Shown: one piece after another, positions 46,793 to 55,853 of the stretch | Position numbering within the stretch: the stretch's first letter is position 1 | Layout: each line of letters opens with the position of its first letter | Sequence record: OR493421.1 | DNA length: 64,000 nt | Reading direction: 5' to 3' (one strand) | The notes under the pieces: model-generated | Seen by the model: only the letters and a program-made list of their open reading frames with translations | Told to the model about the DNA's origin: nothing | The model's database searches: none | Position numbers and translations under genes: made by a program

Positions 46793-47026
46793 TTATGTCC
46801 CGGAGTAAGTTGTTAAAGCTTTGAACGACACACCCTGATTAACTGTGTTGATGTATTCCGCTACCGCGCCGGCGCCCATCGCATCCATTCGCTGAGTCCT
46901 CTCACCCAAACCAAATGACCCGAATTGAGGGAAACCCCACTTAGTAACGGTTGTAAAATTACAGCCTTGAGTAATGAACCCCATATCGGCAGTGTAATCA
47001 AAAGATCGGACCTTCACATTAACCAA
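46793..47026 (-). CDS. uncertain short ORF / possible tail-protein fragment
   Basis: 77 aa, TTG start, no clear SD; frame open a little further upstream without ATG. Confidence 0.35.
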   Translation of the reverse strand: MVNVKVRSFDYTADMGFITQGCNFTTVTKWGFPQFGSFGLGERTQRMDAMGAGAVAEYINTVNQGVSFKALTTYSGT

Positions 47027-47103
47027 TTTAGCGTACGCTCTGGAGGCAAACTCTACGGTACGTTAGTTAAAAAAATACCCCCAATTCTACTGACTATAAG
47101 GAT

Positions 47104-47385
47104 TTACTGCTGTTCTTCTTCTGCCTGAGTTTCTTCTGAAGCCCGTTCTGCGCGTTTGATATCTTCGATGTCTTTGTTCACCGCCTCGTCTTCTTCTTGC
47201 CGAGCGGTATCTTTCTCCATACCTTCGGCTTTCTCGATACGACCCAACTCGATAGATACACGCTGCAATTCGTTATTAGCGATAATCGATTCGAGCTCGG
47301 CGATGTATCGTTTGGCTTCGGCGCCTTCTAAACGCAGGTGGCAAATTTGAGCTTGAAGTTGAAGAATTTGTTTTTCGGCTGACAT
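47104..47385 (-). CDS. acidic coiled-coil protein, possible tailspike assembly chaperone
   Basis: heptad N-half, acidic tail; last gene after tailspike run; AAGGA SD. Confidence 0.6.
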   Translation of the reverse strand: MSAEKQILQLQAQICHLRLEGAEAKRYIAELESIIANNELQRVSIELGRIEKAEGMEKDTARQEEDEAVNKDIEDIKRAERASEETQAEEEQQ

Positions 47386-47430
47386 GATATTTCCTTAGAT
47401 GGGTTTATGGTCCATATATTGGTTAAATCG

Positions 47431-48948
47431 TTAAGGAACAATTATCCAGGTCGATCCATCGTACCAAACCTCTACTTTAGTTGGGGTGGTGACAGTTAAA
47501 GGGTACGTAGCGTAACCACTTACGTTGACTTCCTGGGCGTTGGCGGTGATATAGTATGTTCCAGCCCTAAGTATCTTCAATTCGTAAAAATGACCTGAAG
47601 ACATATTACTTATAGCCGGCATTGTCAGAGTTATCCCGGCTGCATTTATCAGATAACAAGGAATGAGCGCATTCAGCGTTGTATTCGTCGTAAGCACACT
47701 GTACTTAGTCATATTGCGCAGACGTCTACCGTATCCATCGTAAATCATCGTCGAGTTAACATACGACATATCTGTCATATCGGAAGATTTGCTGAACACC
47801 ATCGAATAAGTGGGCATTCCAGAAAATCTTATTCCGACTGGCGCAGACCCGGTCGATACGTAGTTATTATACGTGGCGCCGGACGCATAGAAGTTCATTC
47901 TGTTATTAGTTGAACGGACACCGTACAACCATGTTTTAGCTGAAGTGCTCGCAGGGCGAACCAGTACGCCAGCCACACCATCATAGAGGCTTTGTTGGAG
48001 CAGCGGAATATCGATACCGTTTAGCGAAGCTCCAGACTTATTGATCACCGCCCCAAATTCGCATATTACGGCATTATCGGCGGCAGAGTTGCTGTTAATG
48101 ATAGTGTTGGCGTTGATAGCCCAAACTTTATTAATCAGGTTGACGTTGAACCCCACGCCCGAAGTCGGTGTTAGAGTGGCCCCATCAGCTGTCGCCCATT
48201 CATCAACTGTCACCACACCAGTGGTTTTGTTTATACTGGTAATCAACCCCCAACATTTAGTGGGGTGGAGTGTCTGAATGACGTCACCAACTAGGGCGTT
48301 GGTCAGGAAAGAAGAATACACCGATGGGCTGACCGTAACAGTCGTGGCGGTATATGACGCAGTATCAACTGTTTCCCAGTCTTCCAGTGCTGGAGCTAAG
48401 GCGTCGGCAAATAATGTTACGCCATCATTCAACCCATATGCAGCTACGCCCCTGGCGTTCTGCGCACCCGTAACCTGAGCATTGAAGACTCCAGTATCTC
48501 CTGATGAAGCTCGGCCACCTCGTAAACTCAATGCGGTCGCGTGCCTGCGAATACTACGGAATTTCCTACCTATGGTGATCGAACCATTCAAAAGAAGATC
48601 GGTATCGCGAAGAGCGCCCTGCTCTGTAAAAATAGCAAGGTCGTTAGTCGAAGAATACCCCAGATAAGGACGCGGAAGACCCGAGTCACTCATTGTCCTC
48701 ATACGGGAAAGAACATCTCCCACATTAGAGGTTCTATATCCGACATTCTCCGCCCCGTTTTCAGTGGAAAACGACGTCATCCAATTAGAAACGTTTTGTC
48801 TAATCCCGTTTAACGTCGTTCTGCTGATCCCAAGACGGTCTGTAAAAGACGTGTTGTTAGAGTTGATAAACTCGTCAAATTTTTCTGCGTTGAATAATCG
48901 GTCTTGAACCGAGTTACTCGGTATATTGTTATTAGTTGGGGTAGTCAT
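47431..48948 (-). CDS. tail fibre/spike 2
   Basis: shared anchor; beta-rich body without typical pectate-lyase entry motif; ends EVWYDGSTWII. Confidence 0.85.
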   Translation of the reverse strand: MTTPTNNNIPSNSVQDRLFNAEKFDEFINSNNTSFTDRLGISRTTLNGIRQNVSNWMTSFSTENGAENVGYRTSNVGDVLSRMRTMSDSGLPRPYLGYSSTNDLAIFTEQGALRDTDLLLNGSITIGRKFRSIRRHATALSLRGGRASSGDTGVFNAQVTGAQNARGVAAYGLNDGVTLFADALAPALEDWETVDTASYTATTVTVSPSVYSSFLTNALVGDVIQTLHPTKCWGLITSINKTTGVVTVDEWATADGATLTPTSGVGFNVNLINKVWAINANTIINSNSAADNAVICEFGAVINKSGASLNGIDIPLLQQSLYDGVAGVLVRPASTSAKTWLYGVRSTNNRMNFYASGATYNNYVSTGSAPVGIRFSGMPTYSMVFSKSSDMTDMSYVNSTMIYDGYGRRLRNMTKYSVLTTNTTLNALIPCYLINAAGITLTMPAISNMSSGHFYELKILRAGTYYITANAQEVNVSGYATYPLTVTTPTKVEVWYDGSTWIIVP

Positions 48949-48966
48949 AATTCACCTTGAATGAAC

Positions 48967-48988
48967 GAGAGGGAGTTAACCCCCTCTC
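48967..48988 (-). terminator. hairpin between tailspike genes
   Basis: GAGAGGG.GTTAAC.CCCTCTC. Confidence 0.65.
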
Positions 48989-49001
48989 TTAAGCTGATAG
49001 G

Positions 49002-51395
49002 TTAGCTAAATGTTGTTTTAACCCAGGCGTTCCAGGCACCGGTATTTGTGTTCCAGGTTCTCCTGTAAACATTATTCCCTACCCCGTTAAAGGTCTGGAA
49101 GGCCGTTGCTCTTGAATTAGGGTGCCCGGTATAAAAGTCGACAGCACCGTACGACTCCGGCCATGTCGAGTCGTTATAAATCGACGACCTCACAGTGCAA
49201 TAAGGAGTAAACGACGTTGGGACGGATGAGGACGAGATAATGGAAACCATATTGTTAACGACAGTCCCTCCGACCATCTGCCAGTTACCATCCTTATTAT
49301 ACCGCCATCCTTGCACCTCACCATAAGGAGAACCCTTCGTCCCAACAAACATTCCGTCGGCCCAGGCTATGTTACTGTATCCCGTCATAGTTGATGCCGA
49401 TGGTTTACCGTAAGTGGTTGAATCCCAAACCGTGGAGAATTCGTCAAACCTCCAATTCCCACTTAAATCAACGGAGACTAATCCTAAGTACCTGTCTCTA
49501 AAACGAACACCCTTTACTTTGGGGAATAGCGCGAAGTTAGTAGCGGATCTGACAACTAATTCTTCAGAATAAAGTTCTGGTGCCGTAGATCCGGTAACCA
49601 AGAAGAAGTTAGATACGTATGCTGTATCCGCCCCGTTTCTTTTAAAGGAAACATTCTTAGCGTAAACTTTGGAAGGTGTTGGGTGTGTCACCCCCCAGTT
49701 TATTAATAACTGAGCCTGCGCGATGGTATCGGTGGATGCGCTTGGGGGATTCTGTATGGCCCCATTGATCGAAACGACCGGGATTTGACGGTCACCTACA
49801 ATCGAAATAGAGTTGTAAACGTCGTCTGGGACAGAACCATTCACAGTCACCCCGTTGATATTAAGAGTGGATATTTCAGTATATCCTATTGCTATTAAGG
49901 TTCGGGCGTTTCCGGACGGCCAACATTTGATATTCGAAAGAGTCAGTGACTTTATTGTACTTGGGTAAGTATTGGTGTAAGAAGATGGCTGGATGACGTT
50001 ACCAACCCTAATCGTGTTATAAAGATGTTGATTTCCGGTACTCCCATTTACCCTGACATCAATGTCGGATATGTTAATGCTACCCATTTCGGAATAGTAA
50101 TCGGTTAAAGGGGAGTTGCCGAAAGAAACTTCGCTACCCACCCTAACTGCTGAGTATTGGGTGAATCCTTTCACGCCAGATATTGATACTTTCTCGACCC
50201 CATACCCGCCTTGAGAGTTAACCACCACCCCGTTCCAAGTGTAGACTTTGGTAACACCATCCAAATCACTTATCTTATACCACGGATTGATGTTTTTTAT
50301 GGTGACGTTTTTAATCATGAGGTAATCGAGATTGGTGATCGCGTCGCTATCGGCTTCAGTCCCCCCTTCTATCCACAGGCAGCCGGCTACGACGGCGACC
50401 ATGTCGTCGGTGGTGAACCCATAAATATCTTCAATAAGGATATTTTCAGAACAGCCGGTCACACCGTCGCCTCTAGATCCACCTTGGGGAAAAGCGTTGG
50501 CGATGTGTGAGTTAAATCTCAGATTTTTAGCGTGAAAGTTAATGTTCCCGCCATGATTTACGCTATGTCCTCTAAAATCATGCACGTACATATCTTCTAT
50601 CTTGGCGTTCTTGAACAGCGAAACGATAAATCCGTGCGAGAGGTCCTTAAATGTCCCGGTTGCGTTTAATGTCTCTTCCCCCTGCCCGCTCCAATTTCCA
50701 TCAAATTCACCGCCACGCCAAGAAAAGCTGTTCTCCCTATTACCTACAAACACGAACATGTTATTACGAACGAGATTATCTAATTTAAAAACTACCCCCG
50801 GATCGCAATAAACGATAACGTTTTTAGTTAAAAGGATTTTCACTTTTTTGTTTATCAGGTACGTTCCTTTGGAAAACTTAATATGTTCAAAGGAACTCTT
50901 GAACATATTAATGATTGCTCCTGAATCTTGTGTCACGCCGTCACCTACAGCACCGAACATCTGTGGGGTGACGAAGTTATCATTTCCAATCCTTTCCCAG
51001 TAATAGTTGATCCCTTGAGCTACTGTACCGCCATCATCTAACTTAGTGCCGATGTGACCAACGAAGATACCTCCACCCGTAGTTCCATTTTCATAATAGG
51101 ACTTGAGGAAAATACGCTGACCTTCGGTTCTCACTGGGGTCGATCTCAGCGTATCAAAAGATTTGACTCCGCCAATTAATTTGAACCCGTCGGGAGAGCC
51201 CAACAGATTCGTGAAAGTATCCTGGAAGCCATTAGCGAGTTCCTGAACCCCTTTCATTGTAATACGTTTTTTACCAAAACGATCCGTATAAGTCAGATCG
51301 TCGGAATTCATCACTCGGTCGAATTGTTCCGAGTTAAACTTGAGGTCCACCGCAGCATTGCTGGGGATGTCACCCGTAGTTGGAGTTGTAGCCAC
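49002..51395 (-). CDS. tailspike/depolymerase 3
   Basis: GTG start after AAGGAG; anchor; TSP1/gp66-like N domain (LRS...GQRIFLKSYY..GGG..DDGG); TPQMFGAVGDG beta-helix; pyocin-knob-like C-term YRRTW..WNAW. Confidence 0.9.
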   Translation of the reverse strand: MATTPTTGDIPSNAAVDLKFNSEQFDRVMNSDDLTYTDRFGKKRITMKGVQELANGFQDTFTNLLGSPDGFKLIGGVKSFDTLRSTPVRTEGQRIFLKSYYENGTTGGGIFVGHIGTKLDDGGTVAQGINYYWERIGNDNFVTPQMFGAVGDGVTQDSGAIINMFKSSFEHIKFSKGTYLINKKVKILLTKNVIVYCDPGVVFKLDNLVRNNMFVFVGNRENSFSWRGGEFDGNWSGQGEETLNATGTFKDLSHGFIVSLFKNAKIEDMYVHDFRGHSVNHGGNINFHAKNLRFNSHIANAFPQGGSRGDGVTGCSENILIEDIYGFTTDDMVAVVAGCLWIEGGTEADSDAITNLDYLMIKNVTIKNINPWYKISDLDGVTKVYTWNGVVVNSQGGYGVEKVSISGVKGFTQYSAVRVGSEVSFGNSPLTDYYSEMGSINISDIDVRVNGSTGNQHLYNTIRVGNVIQPSSYTNTYPSTIKSLTLSNIKCWPSGNARTLIAIGYTEISTLNINGVTVNGSVPDDVYNSISIVGDRQIPVVSINGAIQNPPSASTDTIAQAQLLINWGVTHPTPSKVYAKNVSFKRNGADTAYVSNFFLVTGSTAPELYSEELVVRSATNFALFPKVKGVRFRDRYLGLVSVDLSGNWRFDEFSTVWDSTTYGKPSASTMTGYSNIAWADGMFVGTKGSPYGEVQGWRYNKDGNWQMVGGTVVNNMVSIISSSSVPTSFTPYCTVRSSIYNDSTWPESYGAVDFYTGHPNSRATAFQTFNGVGNNVYRRTWNTNTGAWNAWVKTTFS

Positions 51396-51457
51396 GAGGT
51401 TACTCCTTTAAAAGAATGTAGTATAAAAGACTTGCGCAAGTCTACTGAATTTGGTTC

Positions 51458-51467
51458 AGCATAAAAT
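51458..51467 (-). promoter_or_regulatory. ATTTTATGCT element upstream of tailspike 3
   Basis: identical 10-mer at 59992-60001. Confidence 0.45.
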
Positions 51468-51480
51468 CGAAGAAGAGTAA

Positions 51481-51512
51481 TAGCTGCTGTTCCCCGGTGG
51501 GAACAGCAGCTA
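51481..51512 (-). terminator. terminator hairpin
   Basis: TAGCTGCTGTTCCC-CGGT-GGGAACAGCAGCTA. Confidence 0.8.
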
Positions 51513-51521
51513 TTAGTTAAC

Positions 51522-53300
51522 TCATTCCTGGGTCCAAGCGCCCCACGACCCGCCATTCAGCCATCTAAAGTAGCGAACATTGGTAGTCATATTGAACAAT
51601 CGCAGAACCGCAAAATTATTTGTTCCGTCAGATACAAGACGGGCACTCAATATTCCAGTCCCAGTCATCCCAGTAGGAATACCGGTATGAAGCGCTATAT
51701 TGGAAATGTAATAATCCTGAGATGAAGTCGCTAGACTAGTAAGATCGGTCGCTGTTGTTAATGGAACAAGATCCCTGGACATGTTAATCCATCTTGTCCC
51801 GGTAGAGAAGTTAGGAGTCCCGTTAAGATTAATAAAGCTCCCTTCAAATACACCGGCTCCAGGGGCGGTAAGGTACTTCAGTCTTGTTTGATTAGACCCA
51901 CCTAATTGCTCGAAACACTCCCTGTTGTTAACCAACCCATTATTATAAGACGCACTATAACCCACCTGGCCTCCCACTGAGGATATTGGGAAGCCCTGAT
52001 GCCCGGTAAGAGTATAAGGTCGGCCTAAATTAACCCTTGCAAGGCTGGTTTTGGGAGCAACGGTTCTAAAATGACGATTATAAATATAACACCCGGTAAC
52101 GTCAGTTATAACAATATCGTCTTCACCTGTATCGTCGGCATCACAATCTCTGAAATTGGATTGAATGGTGCTGTTCCAGGCTCTAACAATGTTGATCCCG
52201 CCTTTATTAATATGCCAGAAGTTACACCCTATAATCTCCGAACCAACTATACCTATGTTGGTGTCAGAGAGAATACCCCATCCGGTGTTCACGTTAACAT
52301 AAGACCCGTCGAAATAGACCCCGATAATTTTTAAAGTGTCTAAGTCGTACCCGGCTTCATTAAAAAGGAATACTCCAGATGTTTCCCCAGGGACTATTTG
52401 GTTTCCCGGGGAAATGGTTCCACCACCGCCGATCATTAGAGCGTGATCACGATTGTTGCCCCAAAGTTCGCAGTCGGTAACGTACCAGTCGGTTGTGTTA
52501 ATGCAAGCTTTCGCAGCGGCTAATCTTGTTTTCCTTAAATGCACTACAAATGAAGAATTTGTATTCCCGGATCCTTTCTTTGTCCCTAAAGCCACGCCAT
52601 AGAGATCGGATTTCACTCCCCCAGACGAAACCCCATCCAACTGACATTCATCCAATCCGCAGGAATTGCCGTTGGTGAGGTCGATGGACCAATTGTTGGT
52701 TCTGGAGGTAGCTAGGTCAGTTATCCTTAAATTGGACAGTCTTATATTACTTATCCCATTAGCCGCGGGCGTTGCGTAATTAGATTGCGCTATAATGGGG
52801 AAGTCTCCTCCTGACCACACCAAGCATAATTTAGACCTTCCTGGACCTATGAGGTCGGTCGGCTTGCTGATCATCAATGTGGAATTGATGTATCTCGTCA
52901 TGTCGTCAAGTTCGAACGTGGAGGAGCTAGACGCCAACATTCTATTTATAGCTGCTGCATTAGCGGTAGCCGCATCGAGGTCGGCCCCATAAATCTTAGG
53001 AGCGCCCCACGCTGGATTTCTTATATTAGCTCTCCCGGTTATGACGTAGGGGGCGTCAAGAAATGTCTGAACGGTATCTCCAGAACTTGTCCCTACGTTA
53101 CTTGCGCCGGCAGTCCCGGTCAGCCCTGACAGGAAATTTTTTACGTAATTATAAATTCCCGTAAGTGTAAAGCGTTTTATACCCAATCTGTCGGTATACT
53201 GATCAAGATCGGAATTAACCGCTTCGTCTATTTTTTCTGCATTAAATATCTGATCCAAAATGTTACCCGAAGGAACGGGATTTTTGGTAGGTGATGTCAT
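51522..53300 (-). CDS. tailspike/depolymerase 4
   Basis: anchor; beta-helix (ISNIRLSNLRI); knob-like C-term RYFRWLNGGSWGAW. Confidence 0.88.
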   Translation of the reverse strand: MTSPTKNPVPSGNILDQIFNAEKIDEAVNSDLDQYTDRLGIKRFTLTGIYNYVKNFLSGLTGTAGASNVGTSSGDTVQTFLDAPYVITGRANIRNPAWGAPKIYGADLDAATANAAAINRMLASSSSTFELDDMTRYINSTLMISKPTDLIGPGRSKLCLVWSGGDFPIIAQSNYATPAANGISNIRLSNLRITDLATSRTNNWSIDLTNGNSCGLDECQLDGVSSGGVKSDLYGVALGTKKGSGNTNSSFVVHLRKTRLAAAKACINTTDWYVTDCELWGNNRDHALMIGGGGTISPGNQIVPGETSGVFLFNEAGYDLDTLKIIGVYFDGSYVNVNTGWGILSDTNIGIVGSEIIGCNFWHINKGGINIVRAWNSTIQSNFRDCDADDTGEDDIVITDVTGCYIYNRHFRTVAPKTSLARVNLGRPYTLTGHQGFPISSVGGQVGYSASYNNGLVNNRECFEQLGGSNQTRLKYLTAPGAGVFEGSFINLNGTPNFSTGTRWINMSRDLVPLTTATDLTSLATSSQDYYISNIALHTGIPTGMTGTGILSARLVSDGTNNFAVLRLFNMTTNVRYFRWLNGGSWGAWTQE

Positions 53301-53321
53301 TATCTAATTCCCATCAGGTTA

Positions 53322-53365
53322 AAATTGGCGGTGGGGATGTTATCCCCATTGTCCACCGCCAATTT
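53322..53365 (-). terminator. long hairpin between tailspike genes
   Basis: AAATTGGCGGTGG...CCACCGCCAATTT with inner GGGGAT-GTT-ATCCCC. Confidence 0.75.
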
Positions 53366-53382
53366 GACTATTTATGAGGTTT

Positions 53383-55542
53383 TTAGCTCACTACGGCAGC
53401 GCTAATTATTACACCGTCAGTATCGGATGTGGGTGTTCCGACTTTAGCGCGTTTATTCCCTGTCGAGTCATACCACTCATGAACATCGCCATTAACGATA
53501 TGTTGTCGTGAATATGATTTACTCAGCCCACTATTATGTCCGGTTGACAACGGCATGTCGTTGTTATAAATATTCAGGTTGCCTATTATAAATTTAGTTT
53601 GAGACCCGGCAATAAATGTACCCGGCCTAAATCTAACAATAAGCTGTCCCGTATCATTAGGTATAAAGGGCAATACGCATTTTTGCCATCTGGGGTTAGT
53701 GTCAAGCAGAATATTTCTCCGGTATAGTAAAACGGAACCGTCGGAGTTAAATATTTCAGCTAACACACTTTTGGTTGGCGTGGAAGACGACATCTTAACT
53801 TCAAAGTCGATCCAGGTCTTTTTACCCGCGATTGGATTTATCAGGGCGTATACCCTAGCAGTGGCGTCGGCTGCCGTTACTTCCATTGCTTCATTTAAAC
53901 CCCCATATGAGTTATTCATGGGGGTTTTAGTTGCAGACACTGCAGTGAGGTCGGCTGTTATACCAGAGTAAAGGTTATTATAATCTACCTTCTGGATCCC
54001 TATGTTTAGGGACGAGGCCTGAGGGTGTCCTGATAAATAAGACAGCGGATCGATCGTTTTAAAGACGTCGTTTAAATTGGACAGCGGGTTGATATCACTA
54101 CCTTCCTGTAAAGCCAAGCAATGAGATGCGTCAAACACGTTCGTTCTGCTAAGATTACCTATCGCCGTCTGACCTATACTCGAAGCGAACTCTATAATGT
54201 ATTTAGGCATTCCGCTATCGTACAAATCAGAAAAATACAGATTCCCCACATTAGGCGTGTATGACTTGATCATCGGAGCTACAACAGAACCGTTAGTGTT
54301 GATGACATTATTGGCCAGGAATCTCACCCCAGACAGGTATCCGATGGAAGTTGTTTCCACGTGGTGTCTGTCATTATTAAGGTTATCAGTTAAACCTACG
54401 CCCGAATTAGCTAAAAGAATATGCGTGTCGCCTTCAACAAGGAACTCCTGTCCGAACTTGTTCGCCAAGAACACCAAACCGCGTCCTGCGTTGTTGGTCG
54501 TTATGCCCGGTTCAATCCAAACATCGTGAGAGTTCCCGGTTCTATTGCCTGTTCTATACCAATCGTTTCTTGAGATATTGAAAGGGGTCGCCGGACCATT
54601 TGTCGTAGTCCCATTTGTACCCAAAGCCAATTTAATCCCATAAAGGTTGTCGGCAAAAGTACAGTTGTCGATCACCCCGCCGGCGCTATAACCAGAGATA
54701 CAAACACCTATCGTATCCTTAGTGACATCACCGTAAAAGAATGAATCCCTGACCCTAACGTACGGCATGTCGATGGAATTATTGCCGATCGCACACTCGG
54801 TGTATCTCGACATAACTAACCTTTCAAAAAGATGCATGCCGGAAGCATTTCGAGAAGTCGACTTATATCTTACTGCCCCCTTACCACCAGAAATAGTCAT
54901 ATCACTCAGACCACTTCTCACCGGATTATTTGTAAAGTCAAATAAATATCCTGATGACAGAATGATCTTAGTCGATAACATGCTTTCACCCCTAACGTTA
55001 AACACGAAAGAGTTAGAGGAAGTTATGTCCAGCCCAGGACCGGTGTAAATAAAACAACCGTTCTCTATAGTCAGCAGCGGTCCTTTCTGCAACATAAAGG
55101 GTAGTTCGTTAGCACCTGCAGCAGCTCGTTTATACGTGACATCCATTAAACACGCCCACCAATCGTTGAAAGCCTCGGTGTCGTCGGCGCTACCGTCACC
55201 TTTAGCCCCGAAGTTCTTTCTCAGCCCAGCGGTGCCGTCTAAAAGGAGATCGCCTACTTTCCTCGTCATTACCGCCGGGGCCCTGGTAGAAGGAACTGAG
55301 AGACGATCTTCGACATTACTGCCGTCAGCAGTACCTATCTTGCTCGCCCCGGTGACGCCCGATAACCCACTTAACCACGTTTGGATGAAATTATAAATCC
55401 CACTTAGTGTAAATCTCTTTTTACCGAATCTATCAGTGTATTCAAGATCATCGCTATTAACGACTTCGTCGAGTTTTTCCCCGTTAAAAATCTGATCTAA
55501 AATATTCCCGCTAGGAATAGGATTCTTAGTTGGCTGTGTCAT
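53383..55542 (-). CDS. tailspike/depolymerase 5
   Basis: anchor nearly identical to tailspike 4; NFGAKGDGSADDTEAF pectate-lyase-3 entry; CBM-like C-terminal sandwich. Confidence 0.9.
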   Translation of the reverse strand: MTQPTKNPIPSGNILDQIFNGEKLDEVVNSDDLEYTDRFGKKRFTLSGIYNFIQTWLSGLSGVTGASKIGTADGSNVEDRLSVPSTRAPAVMTRKVGDLLLDGTAGLRKNFGAKGDGSADDTEAFNDWWACLMDVTYKRAAAGANELPFMLQKGPLLTIENGCFIYTGPGLDITSSNSFVFNVRGESMLSTKIILSSGYLFDFTNNPVRSGLSDMTISGGKGAVRYKSTSRNASGMHLFERLVMSRYTECAIGNNSIDMPYVRVRDSFFYGDVTKDTIGVCISGYSAGGVIDNCTFADNLYGIKLALGTNGTTTNGPATPFNISRNDWYRTGNRTGNSHDVWIEPGITTNNAGRGLVFLANKFGQEFLVEGDTHILLANSGVGLTDNLNNDRHHVETTSIGYLSGVRFLANNVINTNGSVVAPMIKSYTPNVGNLYFSDLYDSGMPKYIIEFASSIGQTAIGNLSRTNVFDASHCLALQEGSDINPLSNLNDVFKTIDPLSYLSGHPQASSLNIGIQKVDYNNLYSGITADLTAVSATKTPMNNSYGGLNEAMEVTAADATARVYALINPIAGKKTWIDFEVKMSSSTPTKSVLAEIFNSDGSVLLYRRNILLDTNPRWQKCVLPFIPNDTGQLIVRFRPGTFIAGSQTKFIIGNLNIYNNDMPLSTGHNSGLSKSYSRQHIVNGDVHEWYDSTGNKRAKVGTPTSDTDGVIISAAVVS

Positions 55543-55555
55543 TAAAAACTCCTGT

Positions 55556-55579
55556 TCCCCCTGAGGTTAGTCAGGGGGA
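55556..55579 (-). terminator. hairpin between tailspike genes
   Basis: TCCCCCTGA-GGTTAG-TCAGGGGGA. Confidence 0.75.
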
Positions 55580-55585
55580 CGATTG

Positions 55586-55780
55586 TTATCTGGTAAAGGC
55601 TAATGGGGTGCTGGGTCCTTCAGTTAGCCAGTAAACTGGAAGTTTGATGCTTATTGTTCCAGTGATCCCACTGAGTATCAGAGAGGGCCGTACAACAATT
55701 ACATTGCTCGGGTCGGAATAGGTGTGTTGTTTGGTGACTCGCACCCCAACACACTTAGACGTCGTTAACGACGTTCTCAT
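55586..55780 (-). CDS. uncertain short ORF downstream of tailspike 6
   Basis: 64 aa beta-rich, weak SD; may be a hitchhiking fragment. Confidence 0.3.
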   Translation of the reverse strand: MRTSLTTSKCVGVRVTKQHTYSDPSNVIVVRPSLILSGITGTISIKLPVYWLTEGPSTPLAFTR

Positions 55781-55853
55781 CTACGATAGCCTTTACGGAC
55801 CATAGTCGATGTGAATAGTTGCATCCGCCATTATCATTTCCCGAATGTACACG

